Below, in pieces: positions 20,010 through 30,338 of a stretch of 64,000 nt of DNA. Position numbers and translations under genes: made by a program. The number at the start of each line of letters is the position of its first letter. The stretch's first letter is position 1. The notes under the pieces are model-generated. The model ran no database searches. It saw nothing but the letters and a program-made list of their open reading frames with translations, and was not told the origin of the DNA. The stretch comes from Desulfurococcaceae archaeon (lineage in GTDB: Archaea; Thermoproteota; Thermoprotei_A; Sulfolobales; Desulfurococcaceae). The stretch covers positions 96,001 through 160,000 of the forward strand of contig JAWAJB010000003.1 in the NCBI GenBank assembly GCA_038888155.1, in the 5' to 3' direction.

Positions 20010-20294
20010 GTGGTATACCACATTGCAATAGATGTGCTTAATCCTACTAGTAGCGTGGATGAGGGAACTAGGCGAGCAATATCTGAGAAGTGCACCCTAG
20101 TTTGTAGCAATGAGCAACTAGGGCTATCCATATATGGGTGCACCCCAGGCGTTGTCTACATCCAGAAAGCCGGAGGCTCGCTCCTAATAGATATTATAGG
20201 TGGAGAGGAAACCTTCTTTGAGAATATCCTAAAGGCCCTTCCAAAGCACAGCGTAATGATAAGGTTGCTGGAGAGGGGTACACCAGAAGCCTGA
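20010..20294 (+). CDS. Hypothetical protein resembling a degenerate AdoMet decarboxylase (SpeD/SpeH) fold
   Basis: HIAIDV...GLSIY...LLIDII...ILKAL...IRLLERG parallels class 1B AdoMetDC; no ESH cleavage motif. Confidence 0.5.
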   Translation: MVYHIAIDVLNPTSSVDEGTRRAISEKCTLVCSNEQLGLSIYGCTPGVVYIQKAGGSLLIDIIGGEETFFENILKALPKHSVMIRLLERGTPEA

Positions 20295-20301
20295 CCTAGA
20301 A

Positions 20302-20841
20302 GTGATGCACATGAGTAGCGCTGATGTCGTAATAAAGCTCGACGAGAGCACGTGCAGGGGCTATGTAGATGACCCCTCTCACATAAGCGAACTAGCTGAG
20401 AGATGGTTTGGCAAGCTACACTTTAAGAGGCTTGTCCTCGATCTCGTAGAAGTAGCATACATTGTGTCCCAGCTTCAGGGAAAGGCAGTAGTTCTGGACT
20501 CCCAAGGAAGAGCCATTAAGAGCATTGAAGGGCTCGTGGAGGTATACGGGAAGTGCTTTGAGAGCCTTTTCTGGCCTATGCTCTCTGTGCTAAAGGACCT
20601 GCGCGAAAGGGGGAGAAGGGTTAGAGTACTAGAGCCTATGAAATTCTTAGTCAAGGACAAAGAGGGAGAATTAAGACTAATATATATTCTCGAAGAGAAG
20701 TCAATTATCAACATAGACTCTTTAACTAACATAGTCGAGGAGGCACGTAGGAATAACCTTAAAGCCTCCCTAGCCATTGTCAGTCTACAAGGTGAGCTAA
20801 CATATTACGATTTAAACCAAGCAGAAATTAAGGTGAATTAA
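20302..20841 (+). CDS. endA: tRNA-splicing endonuclease, structural (non-catalytic) subunit
   Basis: L.LDLVE.AY, V.KDLRERG, LAIV...GELTYY; lacks the Tyr-His-Lys catalytic triad, as in crenarchaeal alpha2beta2 enzymes. Confidence 0.8.
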   Translation: MMHMSSADVVIKLDESTCRGYVDDPSHISELAERWFGKLHFKRLVLDLVEVAYIVSQLQGKAVVLDSQGRAIKSIEGLVEVYGKCFESLFWPMLSVLKDLRERGRRVRVLEPMKFLVKDKEGELRLIYILEEKSIINIDSLTNIVEEARRNNLKASLAIVSLQGELTYYDLNQAEIKVN

Positions 20842-20842
20842 A

Positions 20843-22141
20843 TTGAGCGAACCACACTACAATCCGCCTCGAGGCATGAGGGATATTGTAGGGGAGGAAG
20901 CAGAGCTCTACGAGCACCTCTTCTCTGAATTTAAGGCCGCTGCGAGGAGGCACGGCTTCATGCCCATAATAACCCCTACTGTAGAGTACTTCACGCTATT
21001 CGAGGCAAAGAGCGGCGAGGAGATAAAGAGATCAATGTACGTGTTTGAGGATAAGGGAGGAAGATTGCTCGCCCTCAGGCCAGAGGTTACTGCCAGCGTT
21101 GTTAGGGCTTACCTTAAATCGCTTAGGTCGCTACCGAAGCCTATTAAGGTTTACTATGTATCTCAGTGCTTTAGGTATGAGGAACCCCAGCACGCTAGGT
21201 ACAGGGAGTTTTGGCAGGGAGGCCTCGAAGTAATAGGAGAGCAGGACATTAACGCTGATCTACTTGTTGCTATTGCAGCCAGCGATTTCCTAGATAGAGT
21301 GGGGGTGAATCACCTTTACGAAGTAGGGAACGTCTCAATATACAGGGGCTTTATGCGCAAACTCGAGGTCAGCGGAGGGCTCCAGGACTACATACTGCAT
21401 TTAATAGATAAGGACCAAGTTGACGCTGCAATCAACAAGCTAAGAGAAGTCGCTGGAGAGCGGGGAGCCGAGATCTTCAAGTCTCTTCTATCCACAAAGG
21501 ATTTAGATAGAGTAGAGGGCTTTATTGCAGACTACGGAGATCTATTGGGGGAGCTTCGCGAGATCATTTTAACTGAGCACGCTAGAACAAGGGGCTTTAT
21601 TGATACCCTTCGAGAGATCGGCTACAGCGCTGAATATGAGCCTAAACTTGTAAGGGGATTGGCCTACTACACAGGGCTAATTTTTGAGTACAAAGTAACT
21701 GGCACTCAAGCGCTTCCCAGTATTGGAGGGGGCGGAAGATACGACGGACTTACGGAAGTTTACAGCGGCACATTTGAGTACTCTACAGGCCTGGCGCTAG
21801 GTATTGACAGAGTAGCGCTAGCTTTAAGCGGCAGGCCCCTACCTCAAACAGGTAAATACGTTGTCGTATTGATACTAGGAGATGCACCGCTTCACGTTGG
21901 TTACAGAACGCTTAAGGCAATTGTCAAGGGTACTAACGTAAACGGCTACGTTTACAGGGCTAGGTCCCTATCCAGGGGCTTAGAGCACGTCAATAAAGCT
22001 GGGTGCGAGCTCGCGGTCATCATCGGTGAAAGAGAGCTTAAGGGTAATAGCGTAATAATTAAGAACATGAAGACAGGAGAACAGGTTCAAGTCAGCTTGG
22101 GTTCAATCCTAGAGGCCGTCAAGAACATGATTAGTTCATAG
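20843..22141 (+). CDS. hisS: Histidyl-tRNA synthetase
   Basis: PRGMRD, LRPEVT, FRYEEPQ..RYREFWQ, LVRGLAYYTG, GGGRYDGL. Confidence 0.97.
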   Translation: MSEPHYNPPRGMRDIVGEEAELYEHLFSEFKAAARRHGFMPIITPTVEYFTLFEAKSGEEIKRSMYVFEDKGGRLLALRPEVTASVVRAYLKSLRSLPKPIKVYYVSQCFRYEEPQHARYREFWQGGLEVIGEQDINADLLVAIAASDFLDRVGVNHLYEVGNVSIYRGFMRKLEVSGGLQDYILHLIDKDQVDAAINKLREVAGERGAEIFKSLLSTKDLDRVEGFIADYGDLLGELREIILTEHARTRGFIDTLREIGYSAEYEPKLVRGLAYYTGLIFEYKVTGTQALPSIGGGGRYDGLTEVYSGTFEYSTGLALGIDRVALALSGRPLPQTGKYVVVLILGDAPLHVGYRTLKAIVKGTNVNGYVYRARSLSRGLEHVNKAGCELAVIIGERELKGNSVIIKNMKTGEQVQVSLGSILEAVKNMISS

Positions 22142-22238
22142 CCAGCCTATCATCTATCAACTTTTAGAGAGATATAAGTGCCTTTACGAATTTAAACCTA
22201 AAGGTACTATTTACTAAGAATCTCTGAGGTGAAATCTC

Positions 22239-23687
22239 TTGGCTAGAGCTAAACTCGAGAAAATTGGGGAGTATGAATGGCGCATACCCTCTAACCTCAA
22301 GCCGTGCATGAAGACAGACGCAATCATATTCTCAGACGAGTACCTCCTAGAGAAAATGGAGAGCGATTTGACGTTGGATCAAGCTGCGAATGTAGCGTGT
22401 TTGCCGGGCATCAAGCTCTACTCCTATGTAATGCCTGATGGACACCAGGGGTACGGCTTCCCCATAGGCGGTGTAGCCGGCTTCGATGTGGAGGAGGGCG
22501 TTATAAGCCCGGGCGGAGTTGGCTACGATATAAACTGCGGTGTTAGGGTTCTAAAGACAAACCTCATGCTGGATGACCTAGAGGGCAAACTAAAAGAGCT
22601 TGTAGAAGTAATGTTCAGGAATATACCGAGCGGTGTAGGCTCCACGGGGCAGTTAAGGCTATCTTTCAGGGATCTCGACGACGTGCTAGAGAGAGGTGTT
22701 AAGTGGGCCATCGAGAAGGGCTTCGGCTGGGAGAGAGATGCTGAGCACACTGAAGAGCAGGGATCCATGAAGGCCGCAAGAGCTGACAAGATAAGCAAGG
22801 TAGCCAAGCAGAGAGGACACGAGCAGCTTGGAACACTTGGAGCAGGCAATCACTTCCTTGAAATCCAGGTTGTAGATAGGATATACGATCCCCACATAGC
22901 CTCAGTCATGGGAATTAAAAGCGTTGGACAGGTAGCAGTGATGATCCACACTGGTAGCAGGGGGCTTGGCCACCAAGTTGCAAGCGACTACTTAATGGTA
23001 ATGGAGAGAGCTATGAAGAAGTACGGCATCTCTGTGCCAGATAGGGAGCTAGCAGCCCTTCCCTTTCACAGCTCTGAAGCCCAGGATTACTTCGCTGCTA
23101 TGGCTGCAGCTGCAAACTTCGCTTGGGCTAATAGACAGATAATAACGCACTGGGTGAGGGAGAGCTTTAGGAAAACCCTACAAGCGGCTCCCGAGGAGCT
23201 GGGATTAGATGTGATATACGACGTAGCTCACAACATAGCCAAAGTTGAAGAGCATACTATAAACGGAGAGAAGTACAAAGTAGTTGTTCACAGAAAAGGA
23301 GCTACGAGGGCATTTCCCCCGGGTCACCCCGATATACCTTCGGATTACAGCAAAATTGGCCAGCCAGTTTTAATACCTGGAAGCATGGGGACTGCTAGCT
23401 ACATACTTATTGGGCTCAAAGAAGGAGCGAGAACGTGGTACAGTGCACCACACGGCGCTGGTCGGTGGCTTAGTAGAGGAGATGCCATAAGGTCTTATAC
23501 GCCTGACCGCGTAATATCCGAGCTAACCCACAAGGGGATCTTTGTGAGAGCTGCAAGCAGGAGAGTTATAAGCGAGGAGGCCCCCGAAGCGTATAAGGAC
23601 GTAGATAGAGTTGTGCTCGTAGCCGATAAAGTGAGGATCGCTAGACCTGTCGCTAGGTTGACTCCAGTAGGCGTTGTAAAGGGCTAG
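22239..23687 (+). CDS. rtcB: tRNA-splicing ligase RtcB (no intein)
   Basis: MPDGHQGYGFPIGG, VGYDINCG, GNHFLE, HTGSRG, HRKGAT, PGSMG, HGAGR. Confidence 0.97.
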   Translation: MARAKLEKIGEYEWRIPSNLKPCMKTDAIIFSDEYLLEKMESDLTLDQAANVACLPGIKLYSYVMPDGHQGYGFPIGGVAGFDVEEGVISPGGVGYDINCGVRVLKTNLMLDDLEGKLKELVEVMFRNIPSGVGSTGQLRLSFRDLDDVLERGVKWAIEKGFGWERDAEHTEEQGSMKAARADKISKVAKQRGHEQLGTLGAGNHFLEIQVVDRIYDPHIASVMGIKSVGQVAVMIHTGSRGLGHQVASDYLMVMERAMKKYGISVPDRELAALPFHSSEAQDYFAAMAAAANFAWANRQIITHWVRESFRKTLQAAPEELGLDVIYDVAHNIAKVEEHTINGEKYKVVVHRKGATRAFPPGHPDIPSDYSKIGQPVLIPGSMGTASYILIGLKEGARTWYSAPHGAGRWLSRGDAIRSYTPDRVISELTHKGIFVRAASRRVISEEAPEAYKDVDRVVLVADKVRIARPVARLTPVGVVKG

Positions 23688-23891
23688 AGCTTATCGGAGC
23701 TTTTTGCTACTGTTGTGCTGACTTAGCTTTTAGCGCTAACTCGTTATCGGCGTGGAAAGACAGAGGATGTGCCCACTTAATAAACCCCCTCGTTAGGAGT
23801 GCTCCAAAAGGTGACTAAGTTGTCCTTATGCAGGCCCTCAAGTCAATGTAAAGTAGATGGAGAATTGGAGGAGACGTTGTTTAGCACGCTG

Positions 23892-24584
23892 CTACTTCTT
23901 TGATGGTATAAACTTCCCCAGTATTTGGGCAAACATTGGTAGATTTCTGCTCTGTATCCACACTCTGCCGGGACCCTTTGTCTCAACTACTAGCCCCTCC
24001 CCACCTAGGAACAGCGTTTTAAGTCCTCCCAACTTCTTTATGCTCCAACTAACTCTCCCCTCGAGCGCAACGAAATGGCCGTTGTCAATTACGAATGCCT
24101 CTCCAGAGGGTATATTGATCTCCTCTATTGCACCGTAGCTGTTTAGGAAAACTATTCCCTCACCCGCAGCTTTAAGCCATATAAGTTCGCCCTCAGCTAT
24201 TAACCCCTTTAACCCCCTCCAGCCAACTGTAAGCGTTATGTTCCCTATGTGGCCTAGGTAGCTAGTGTCCTGTATAAGTATTTCATCCTTATTCAGCTCT
24301 ACTGCTGCTATGTCTCCAGGGATACTTGGGGCAGCCCATATCTCTGCATTGGATTGAGCCATAAACGTGTTTAAAAAGAAGCTCTCTCCTCCAGCAAGGA
24401 CTCTCGCTAAGCCGGACTTCACGCCGAGGGAGCTCGTGTTGATCTTAACCTCTCCTCGGTGCATCATATATGATCCGGGCTCAATAGTTACAGATTCGCC
24501 AGGGCTTAACTGGAGCTTCAGAATGGAGTAAGCCGGACCTTTATCAACTCTGTACTGAACCACTATTCCCATCCAAGTGAGCAA
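23892..24584 (-). CDS. TIGR00266/AIM24 family protein
   Basis: L.PGES...EPG.Y, GGESFF.N, GEG.VFL.SYG, IDNGHFVA, GGEGLV...GPG.VWIQSR. Confidence 0.9.
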   Translation of the reverse strand: MLTWMGIVVQYRVDKGPAYSILKLQLSPGESVTIEPGSYMMHRGEVKINTSSLGVKSGLARVLAGGESFFLNTFMAQSNAEIWAAPSIPGDIAAVELNKDEILIQDTSYLGHIGNITLTVGWRGLKGLIAEGELIWLKAAGEGIVFLNSYGAIEEINIPSGEAFVIDNGHFVALEGRVSWSIKKLGGLKTLFLGGEGLVVETKGPGRVWIQSRNLPMFAQILGKFIPSKK

Positions 24585-24881
24585 TCGACATGGGGGTTAA
24601 TATAAGAGGAATTTGCCCACAACTCATACAAAGTCGCTATGATTATCGCTCTCTTTAACAAGCCAGCAACGTTTGCCTTTACTTAGAATTTTTTAATGGC
24701 GTAAAATTTAATTGACCTGCTTGGTTGTCAAACTTATTTAAAGACCGTGTCCTCTAAAACAAGTAACAGCGCAGTAGCCTTTAGGCGCAAGTCCCTAATT
24801 GTCCTCTCCTTGGGTCAACATTAACGCGCTTTTTGGCCGGCTGAAGTTATTATATTCTAAAAAGCTCTTGTAATTTGAGGT

Positions 24882-25847
24882 GTGGTGGCGCTTTTGCGTG
24901 AATTGAGTTACAGCGAGTACCTCCAGTTCGCCTCAAAGCACAATAAAGTAGTTATAGAAGATCGGGAGATCAAGCTCGAGCCTATAGATGTTAAAAGGCT
25001 TAAGCCCTCTACCAAGGAGTTAACAGATACCTCGACAACTGTTTGGAGCTTCCCAAGGCGGGGTTCTTGGGCAACACATAGAGGAGATTATAGGGGTAAT
25101 TGGGCCCCACAGATCCCGAGGGCCCTCATAGAGAAATACTCTAGGCCGGGCGAAGTAGTTTTAGACCCTATGGTTGGTTCGGGGACTACTTGTGTGGAGG
25201 CGAGGCTCCTAGGTAGAAACTGCATTGGAGTTGATGTAAACTACAACTCTGCAATTTTAGCTCTCCACAGGCTTTACTGGCTAGAGGAGTACGCTAGGAG
25301 GTGGAGTGGTCCAGTTAAGCCAGTCGAGGTGGAGAACGTTGAGAAATCATGGAGTAAGATCTACCATGGTGATGCTCGGAGTATCTCTTTACTACAGGAT
25401 AGCTCTGCTGACCTAGTGGCAGTACACCCACCATACTGGAACATCATCAAGTACGGCCAGGATGGGAAGGCTGAGGGAGATCTCTCGAGGGCTAGAACGC
25501 TAGAGGAGTACGTGAAGCTCATGAGCGAGGTCGCGAGCGAGCTGTATAGAGTCTTAAAGCGTGGAGGATACTTAGGCATCTTAATAGGTGATACCAGGAT
25601 CCGCAAACACTACATTCCTGTATCTCACTCCGTGCTTCAGGTGTTCTTGAAAGCAGGTTTCCTGTTAAAAGAAGAAGTGATCAAAGTACAGCACAAAATG
25701 AAAACAACTAGGGAGGTGTGGAGCAAAATGAAGGAAAAAGACTTCTTGCTGATTTATCACGAGAAGCTATACATATTCAGGAAGCCTGCGGATGCTAGCG
25801 ACGCAGTCAAACATAAAAGTAGCGGTAAGTTGTTGCTATTAACATAA
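24882..25847 (+). CDS. Amino (N4-C/N6-A) DNA methyltransferase-like protein, orphan
   Basis: TTVWSFP.RG.W, motif I VLDPMVGSGTT, motif IV HPPY, RVLK.GG, HE.LYIFRK. Confidence 0.85.
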   Translation: MVALLRELSYSEYLQFASKHNKVVIEDREIKLEPIDVKRLKPSTKELTDTSTTVWSFPRRGSWATHRGDYRGNWAPQIPRALIEKYSRPGEVVLDPMVGSGTTCVEARLLGRNCIGVDVNYNSAILALHRLYWLEEYARRWSGPVKPVEVENVEKSWSKIYHGDARSISLLQDSSADLVAVHPPYWNIIKYGQDGKAEGDLSRARTLEEYVKLMSEVASELYRVLKRGGYLGILIGDTRIRKHYIPVSHSVLQVFLKAGFLLKEEVIKVQHKMKTTREVWSKMKEKDFLLIYHEKLYIFRKPADASDAVKHKSSGKLLLLT

Positions 25848-26248
25848 GCTTCTGCAACCATATCCTTCCACGTAGCTGGAATTATGAGTGCATCTTTTCT
25901 GCTTAATTATGTCCCACTCGCATAACAGATAGATCACTTTGCCCCCACATTGTTCCTCATCGCCTTGAGCCTAGCAAATTTGTCCCTTTCGATCTCATGT
26001 GTAACCTCCATGAAAATAGAGAGCAGTCCGTGGGATAGCTAGTTCAGTGATAGATTACTTATATTTTTCACGTTGTTTATTGAGAGCCCGCGCGTGTTGT
26101 TATACCTTGATCCCCCATGGTATTTCTAAAAGGAGTGCCTAGGACTCCAATCTCCCGATATTCACAACACCAATTTACATTTACTAACTCCTAACATCTT
26201 TAATGGTTATTTCTTATACGCATATGCGCTTGCTCTATGGGCGCAAAC

Positions 26249-27177
26249 TTAGAGCTTATGGATTTTTACTATCAGTGGTAGGTACTCTCTACCGAGCATA
26301 TCTAGCTCTTTAAAGTACACTACCCTCATTTCGCGAGTATTTAAGCTGGCTTTGTACACGGTCCTTTCCACCAAGCTCAAGACATAGCTATCTATAGCAT
26401 TTTCCCCTCCTTTAACTGCTCTCAGCAAGTAGAGCGTTGCCGGAAGAGTAAAGTAATTCTCTGCTATGCCCGCCTCTCTTGGTGGAATGGCTTTTGCTAG
26501 GATTGCTTTGTCAATCCAGCTAATATTATCTGGCTCTTTTGCCTTGTAGAAACCTGCTAGCTTGGAAGGAAGGTAGAAAGCAAAACCTCGCTTGGATCTA
26601 TTTACAAGCAATCTATCAATGGAAATGGCATGTCCTCTAATAAGGTCCACGCTTATCCTGTAAAGCCTTTTAAGCCCGCCGTATCTCTTCTCTCTTAAAT
26701 GAATATACGCGGGTACTTCGGCGTTTTTACCCACAACTACAGATATGTGGAGGTCAAAGCCTACTCTAGCTACTAATTCTACGTCTTCGCCGTAGTTTAG
26801 ATCTCTCCACCCCCCTTTAGACAGTATTGCTTCCCGTTTAGCTATGATTGGGCCTACGTGTACAACTAGCTTTGTCTCGTAAGCGTATTCTAATGCCCTA
26901 TGAAAAGCCTCATTGTATCTAGATCAAACCAGAGTGCTGTGCTTCCCTCTGCGCACTTATATAGCGCCAACTGCCTGCCTAGACCCCTGGTACACTCATA
27001 TCGGTAAATCCTTAGATTAAGCTCTTTTCGAAGCTCCAGCAGTCTCTCCCATGTGCCGTCGCTCGAGTAGTTATCTACAATTACTATTTCGGCCTCGGGC
27101 CTCCAAACGCTCCGAATAGGCTACTCAACCCATTTTATATTGTTGCACACTGTTCCGTATAGGCATATTTTATCTAT
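26249..27177 (-). pseudogene. GT2 glycosyltransferase pseudogene
   Basis: Reconstructed IDKICLYGTVCNN..WVE*..EIVIVDNYSSDGTWE..RGLGRQ..WFDLDT / YNEAFH..GGWRDLNYGED..; in-frame TAG at 27123-27121, frameshift near 26915, start codon reads ATA; ORF 26249-26734 is only the C-terminal part. Confidence 0.85.
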
Positions 27178-27199
27178 GCCGTTCGCCTCTCTGGCGGGC

Positions 27200-28342
27200 C
27201 TAACTTTTAATCAGTCCGTGCTTTCTAAGCAAATCGATAAACCTCTCCCTGAAAACACCGGCGCTGAACTCCCTTGAGCGCTCTACCGCAAGTCGCTTCA
27301 ACCTCCTAGTCTTATCTTCTTTTGCTTCAAGGTCTCTAACTAGCTTAGGTACTTCGCCTAAGTTGCTGTACCCCAGCTCAGCGCTTATTGGGGAAACAAT
27401 ATCAGTCCAGGCGCCACCATCTCTGTAGACTAGCGGAATGCACCCAGCAGACATAGCCTCGACAACCGCTATGCCGAAGTGCTCTGCGAACTGTGGATGC
27501 ACGTAGAAAGTAGCCCTTTGGAGTAGCTCCCTTAGTACGTTGCTCTGAGCGTTTATCAGCATGTGGAAGTTCCTAGCCCCGCATCTCTTTATCTCTTCTT
27601 TTACTTTCTCTGCAACGCGATTGCTAATATCTAGCTCATAGCTCCTCTCACCAGTTGAACCAACTAGGTACCAATCGTAGTCAGGCACCTTTGCTGCTAC
27701 GCTCGGCAGCAGTTCGAGGTTTTTCTCTGGGGTGTACCTAGATATTGTTACTATGATCTTTTCCTTTTGTCTGCCGTCGTAGGCAAAGTACTCGACATCT
27801 ACAGGTGGGTAAAGCACCTCGGCATCAATGCCGTAGGTTTCCTTTGTGAGCTTTGCTGTCCACTTGCTGTTAGTTAAAACAACCTTAGGACGGCCGAGTA
27901 TCTTCTTAGCTCTGTGCTCAACGAGCCAGTTGTACAGCCCCCAGTGGATAGAGCTAGAGGGAGAAGTCGAAAGCATGATGGGGTAGTGGATGTAGGATAT
28001 ATCGACATCTACGGGTACATTTAGCCCCGTGTCTATTAGAATCCTATTGTCTTCTTTAATAGACCATAGCTTTGATGTAGCCTTTTCTAAAAGCAACAGC
28101 CTCCTATACCTTACAAATCTACCAGTATAGCCGAGAATTTTTTCAAGTAGGCTGTCAGCCTCTATAACCTGGTAATCGCCCGGCAATCCAAGCCGCTCTG
28201 CTATTTTTTTCATGACGCTGGCCGAGTTAGTTACATACACTACCTCAATACCTGCGTTTCTCAAAGCGCGTGCAATTTCTAGGCTAACTCTCTCGCCTCC
28301 TCCTGCTATATTAAATAAGTGAAGCACATAAGCCGTTAACAA
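27200..28342 (-). CDS. GT4 (GT-B) glycosyltransferase
   Basis: GGGERV, NSKWT, LYPPVD, SRY.PEKN, EHFGIAVVEAM.AG. Confidence 0.92.
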   Translation of the reverse strand: MLTAYVLHLFNIAGGGERVSLEIARALRNAGIEVVYVTNSASVMKKIAERLGLPGDYQVIEADSLLEKILGYTGRFVRYRRLLLLEKATSKLWSIKEDNRILIDTGLNVPVDVDISYIHYPIMLSTSPSSSIHWGLYNWLVEHRAKKILGRPKVVLTNSKWTAKLTKETYGIDAEVLYPPVDVEYFAYDGRQKEKIIVTISRYTPEKNLELLPSVAAKVPDYDWYLVGSTGERSYELDISNRVAEKVKEEIKRCGARNFHMLINAQSNVLRELLQRATFYVHPQFAEHFGIAVVEAMSAGCIPLVYRDGGAWTDIVSPISAELGYSNLGEVPKLVRDLEAKEDKTRRLKRLAVERSREFSAGVFRERFIDLLRKHGLIKS

Positions 28343-28527
28343 GGCATTCCAACCTCGGCCTCAGATTAACTTAATATACAGCGTTCTCAACAATTTATGA
28401 GTGAACTGACGGCTTTAAAATAAGACTTATTGTTAAAGGTAAAGCTCGCAAAGTAGTTTTTAAAGCGACGCTATCATTATCTGTTGCTGTGTTTAATCAA
28501 GCCATCTCTTAAAAATTCACCAATGCG

Positions 28528-29499
28528 GTGTTGCTCGTGGTCTCACTGCCTGTGCTAATTCGCAGAATGCTCGGCAGGCGTGGGACGTTTTTACTAAGGC
28601 GCATAGCCTCTAACATAGCTTATTACACCGGGCATTACGAGTACGCCAATTTCACTAGCAGACAGAATGGTATCTCAGCATTGATGTGTACTTATAATGA
28701 AGAAGATTGGGTAGAGCCAGCAGTGCTCTCTATTAAGAACCTAGTAGACGAGTACGTTATCGTGGACTCCTCCACCGACCGAACTCCCGAAATAATAAAT
28801 GCCGTTAAGAATGAACACGGACTGAACATTAAGCTACTGAGAGTCCCCCCTGGGGACATCGTCAGGGCAAGGACAGCAGCTCTTGAAAACTCATCATTTA
28901 AGTGGCTACTATTCTTTGACGCGGATATGGTTCTACACGAGCGCGCGGTTAAAGCAGTGAAAGAGCTCACAGAGAGCTTAGATCCCAGGAGGCACTACAT
29001 AGTTTACTGGAAATACCTCTTACTTTGCGGCGACTTAAACCACCTCTGTGGCGAAGAGCCATACCATGTTGAGCGTTGGCTAATTACATACTCTAGCAGG
29101 CTAAGGTACAAGTACCTCGACTACGGCAGAGGCGTTGCAATGGATTACCTATATGCACCGCTAAGGCTCTACAAGCCTATATTACTAGACGAGGTGCTAG
29201 GGGTTCACCTGACGCGAGTAAGGACCCCCGAGAAGCTAGCAATGAAGCACATTAGGCTAGAGCACCGAAAGCTATTAGTGGAGCACACAATGAGAGGGCT
29301 TACAGCAGAAGAAGCAGTCTTGAGAATCGCGCGAGAAACTTACGGCACAGACGACCTTAGAGAGCTCGGAGAGAAACTAATAAGAGATATGACCTTTATG
29401 CTACCGCGCTATGATGAATCTAAGTACGGTCCCCTACCACAAGTACTACTGAACTACGTAAAGAACAACAAGCCACTCAAAATTAACTCTACGGGCTGA
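28528..29499 (+). CDS. GT2 glycosyltransferase
   Basis: ISALMCTYNEE, VD.STD.T, FFDAD (DxD). Confidence 0.88.
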   Translation: MLLVVSLPVLIRRMLGRRGTFLLRRIASNIAYYTGHYEYANFTSRQNGISALMCTYNEEDWVEPAVLSIKNLVDEYVIVDSSTDRTPEIINAVKNEHGLNIKLLRVPPGDIVRARTAALENSSFKWLLFFDADMVLHERAVKAVKELTESLDPRRHYIVYWKYLLLCGDLNHLCGEEPYHVERWLITYSSRLRYKYLDYGRGVAMDYLYAPLRLYKPILLDEVLGVHLTRVRTPEKLAMKHIRLEHRKLLVEHTMRGLTAEEAVLRIARETYGTDDLRELGEKLIRDMTFMLPRYDESKYGPLPQVLLNYVKNNKPLKINSTG

Positions 29500-30338
29500 A
29501 GCAATTGCTACTATTAATGAGATCCTCTACCCTCCCATCTATCCCTTGCTTTCAGCCTTAATTGATTTGCAAGCACTTACTCGTCGCAGTATTTACAAGG
29601 CGAAAATCGAAAAACTGTACCATTGTAGCAAGTGCCCAGAACTTCTTCCTCGAGAGTCTAACCTTATTCAACTGTTGCTCGCTACAAGGGCCTCTGTCAT
29701 TCTCCTAATCGCCAAGTTTATTGACATTTTGACCACTAATCGATGGCCCCAGTCCCCCCATGCCCTAGGAGAGCCAACGCCTTTCTACAAATGAATTGAG
29801 GGTTACCAAAGGGCGCATCAGAATGGTGCCGAGTGCTGTAGCTAAAGCCCTAGGGCTACAATGCCCCAAACATGTAATATGATCTCCACAGTTGCAATTG
29901 CCATCAAGCTCTTGCGTGTGCATCCTCAGTGCTCTAGAGCCTTCAGCAACCCCAATGAGCTCAGATCTGCCCGGCGATTACTTTAAAGGAAATACTCGCG
30001 ACAGCCCCATCTAGGTCCCATTTACTGAGCCGAAGCCACTTTTACATATTTGTCGTAGGCATTTAGTATATAAAAACCTAATTTTCTATCTTAGTACTAA
30101 CAACTCTGGTGAATAGGGATGAACACTTGGGACAAACTCACAGAGGCCGCTGCTGAAGGTGTTGAAATTATGGGCATTAGTAGCAGAGTAGCGTTACCAA
30201 CACGTCTTAAAGCCCAAGCGATAGTACGCTGGTTGACATAAGCGTACCTCATAGGGTTATGGTAGAGAACACGGCACCTAAACTCCATTATAGTTTCCTT
30301 GATTGAGCGGCTAGAAATACAGCACGAGATGATCGCCA

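Noticed and set aside
27121-27123. In-frame TAG in the GT2 as possible pyrrolysine or readthrough
   Set aside because: The same gene also has a frameshift and a lost start codon, and no pyl genes are present; pseudogenisation is the simpler explanation
29546-30338. ORFs 29546-29794 and 30097-30462
   Set aside because: Non-protein-like composition; the second overlaps the permease antisense
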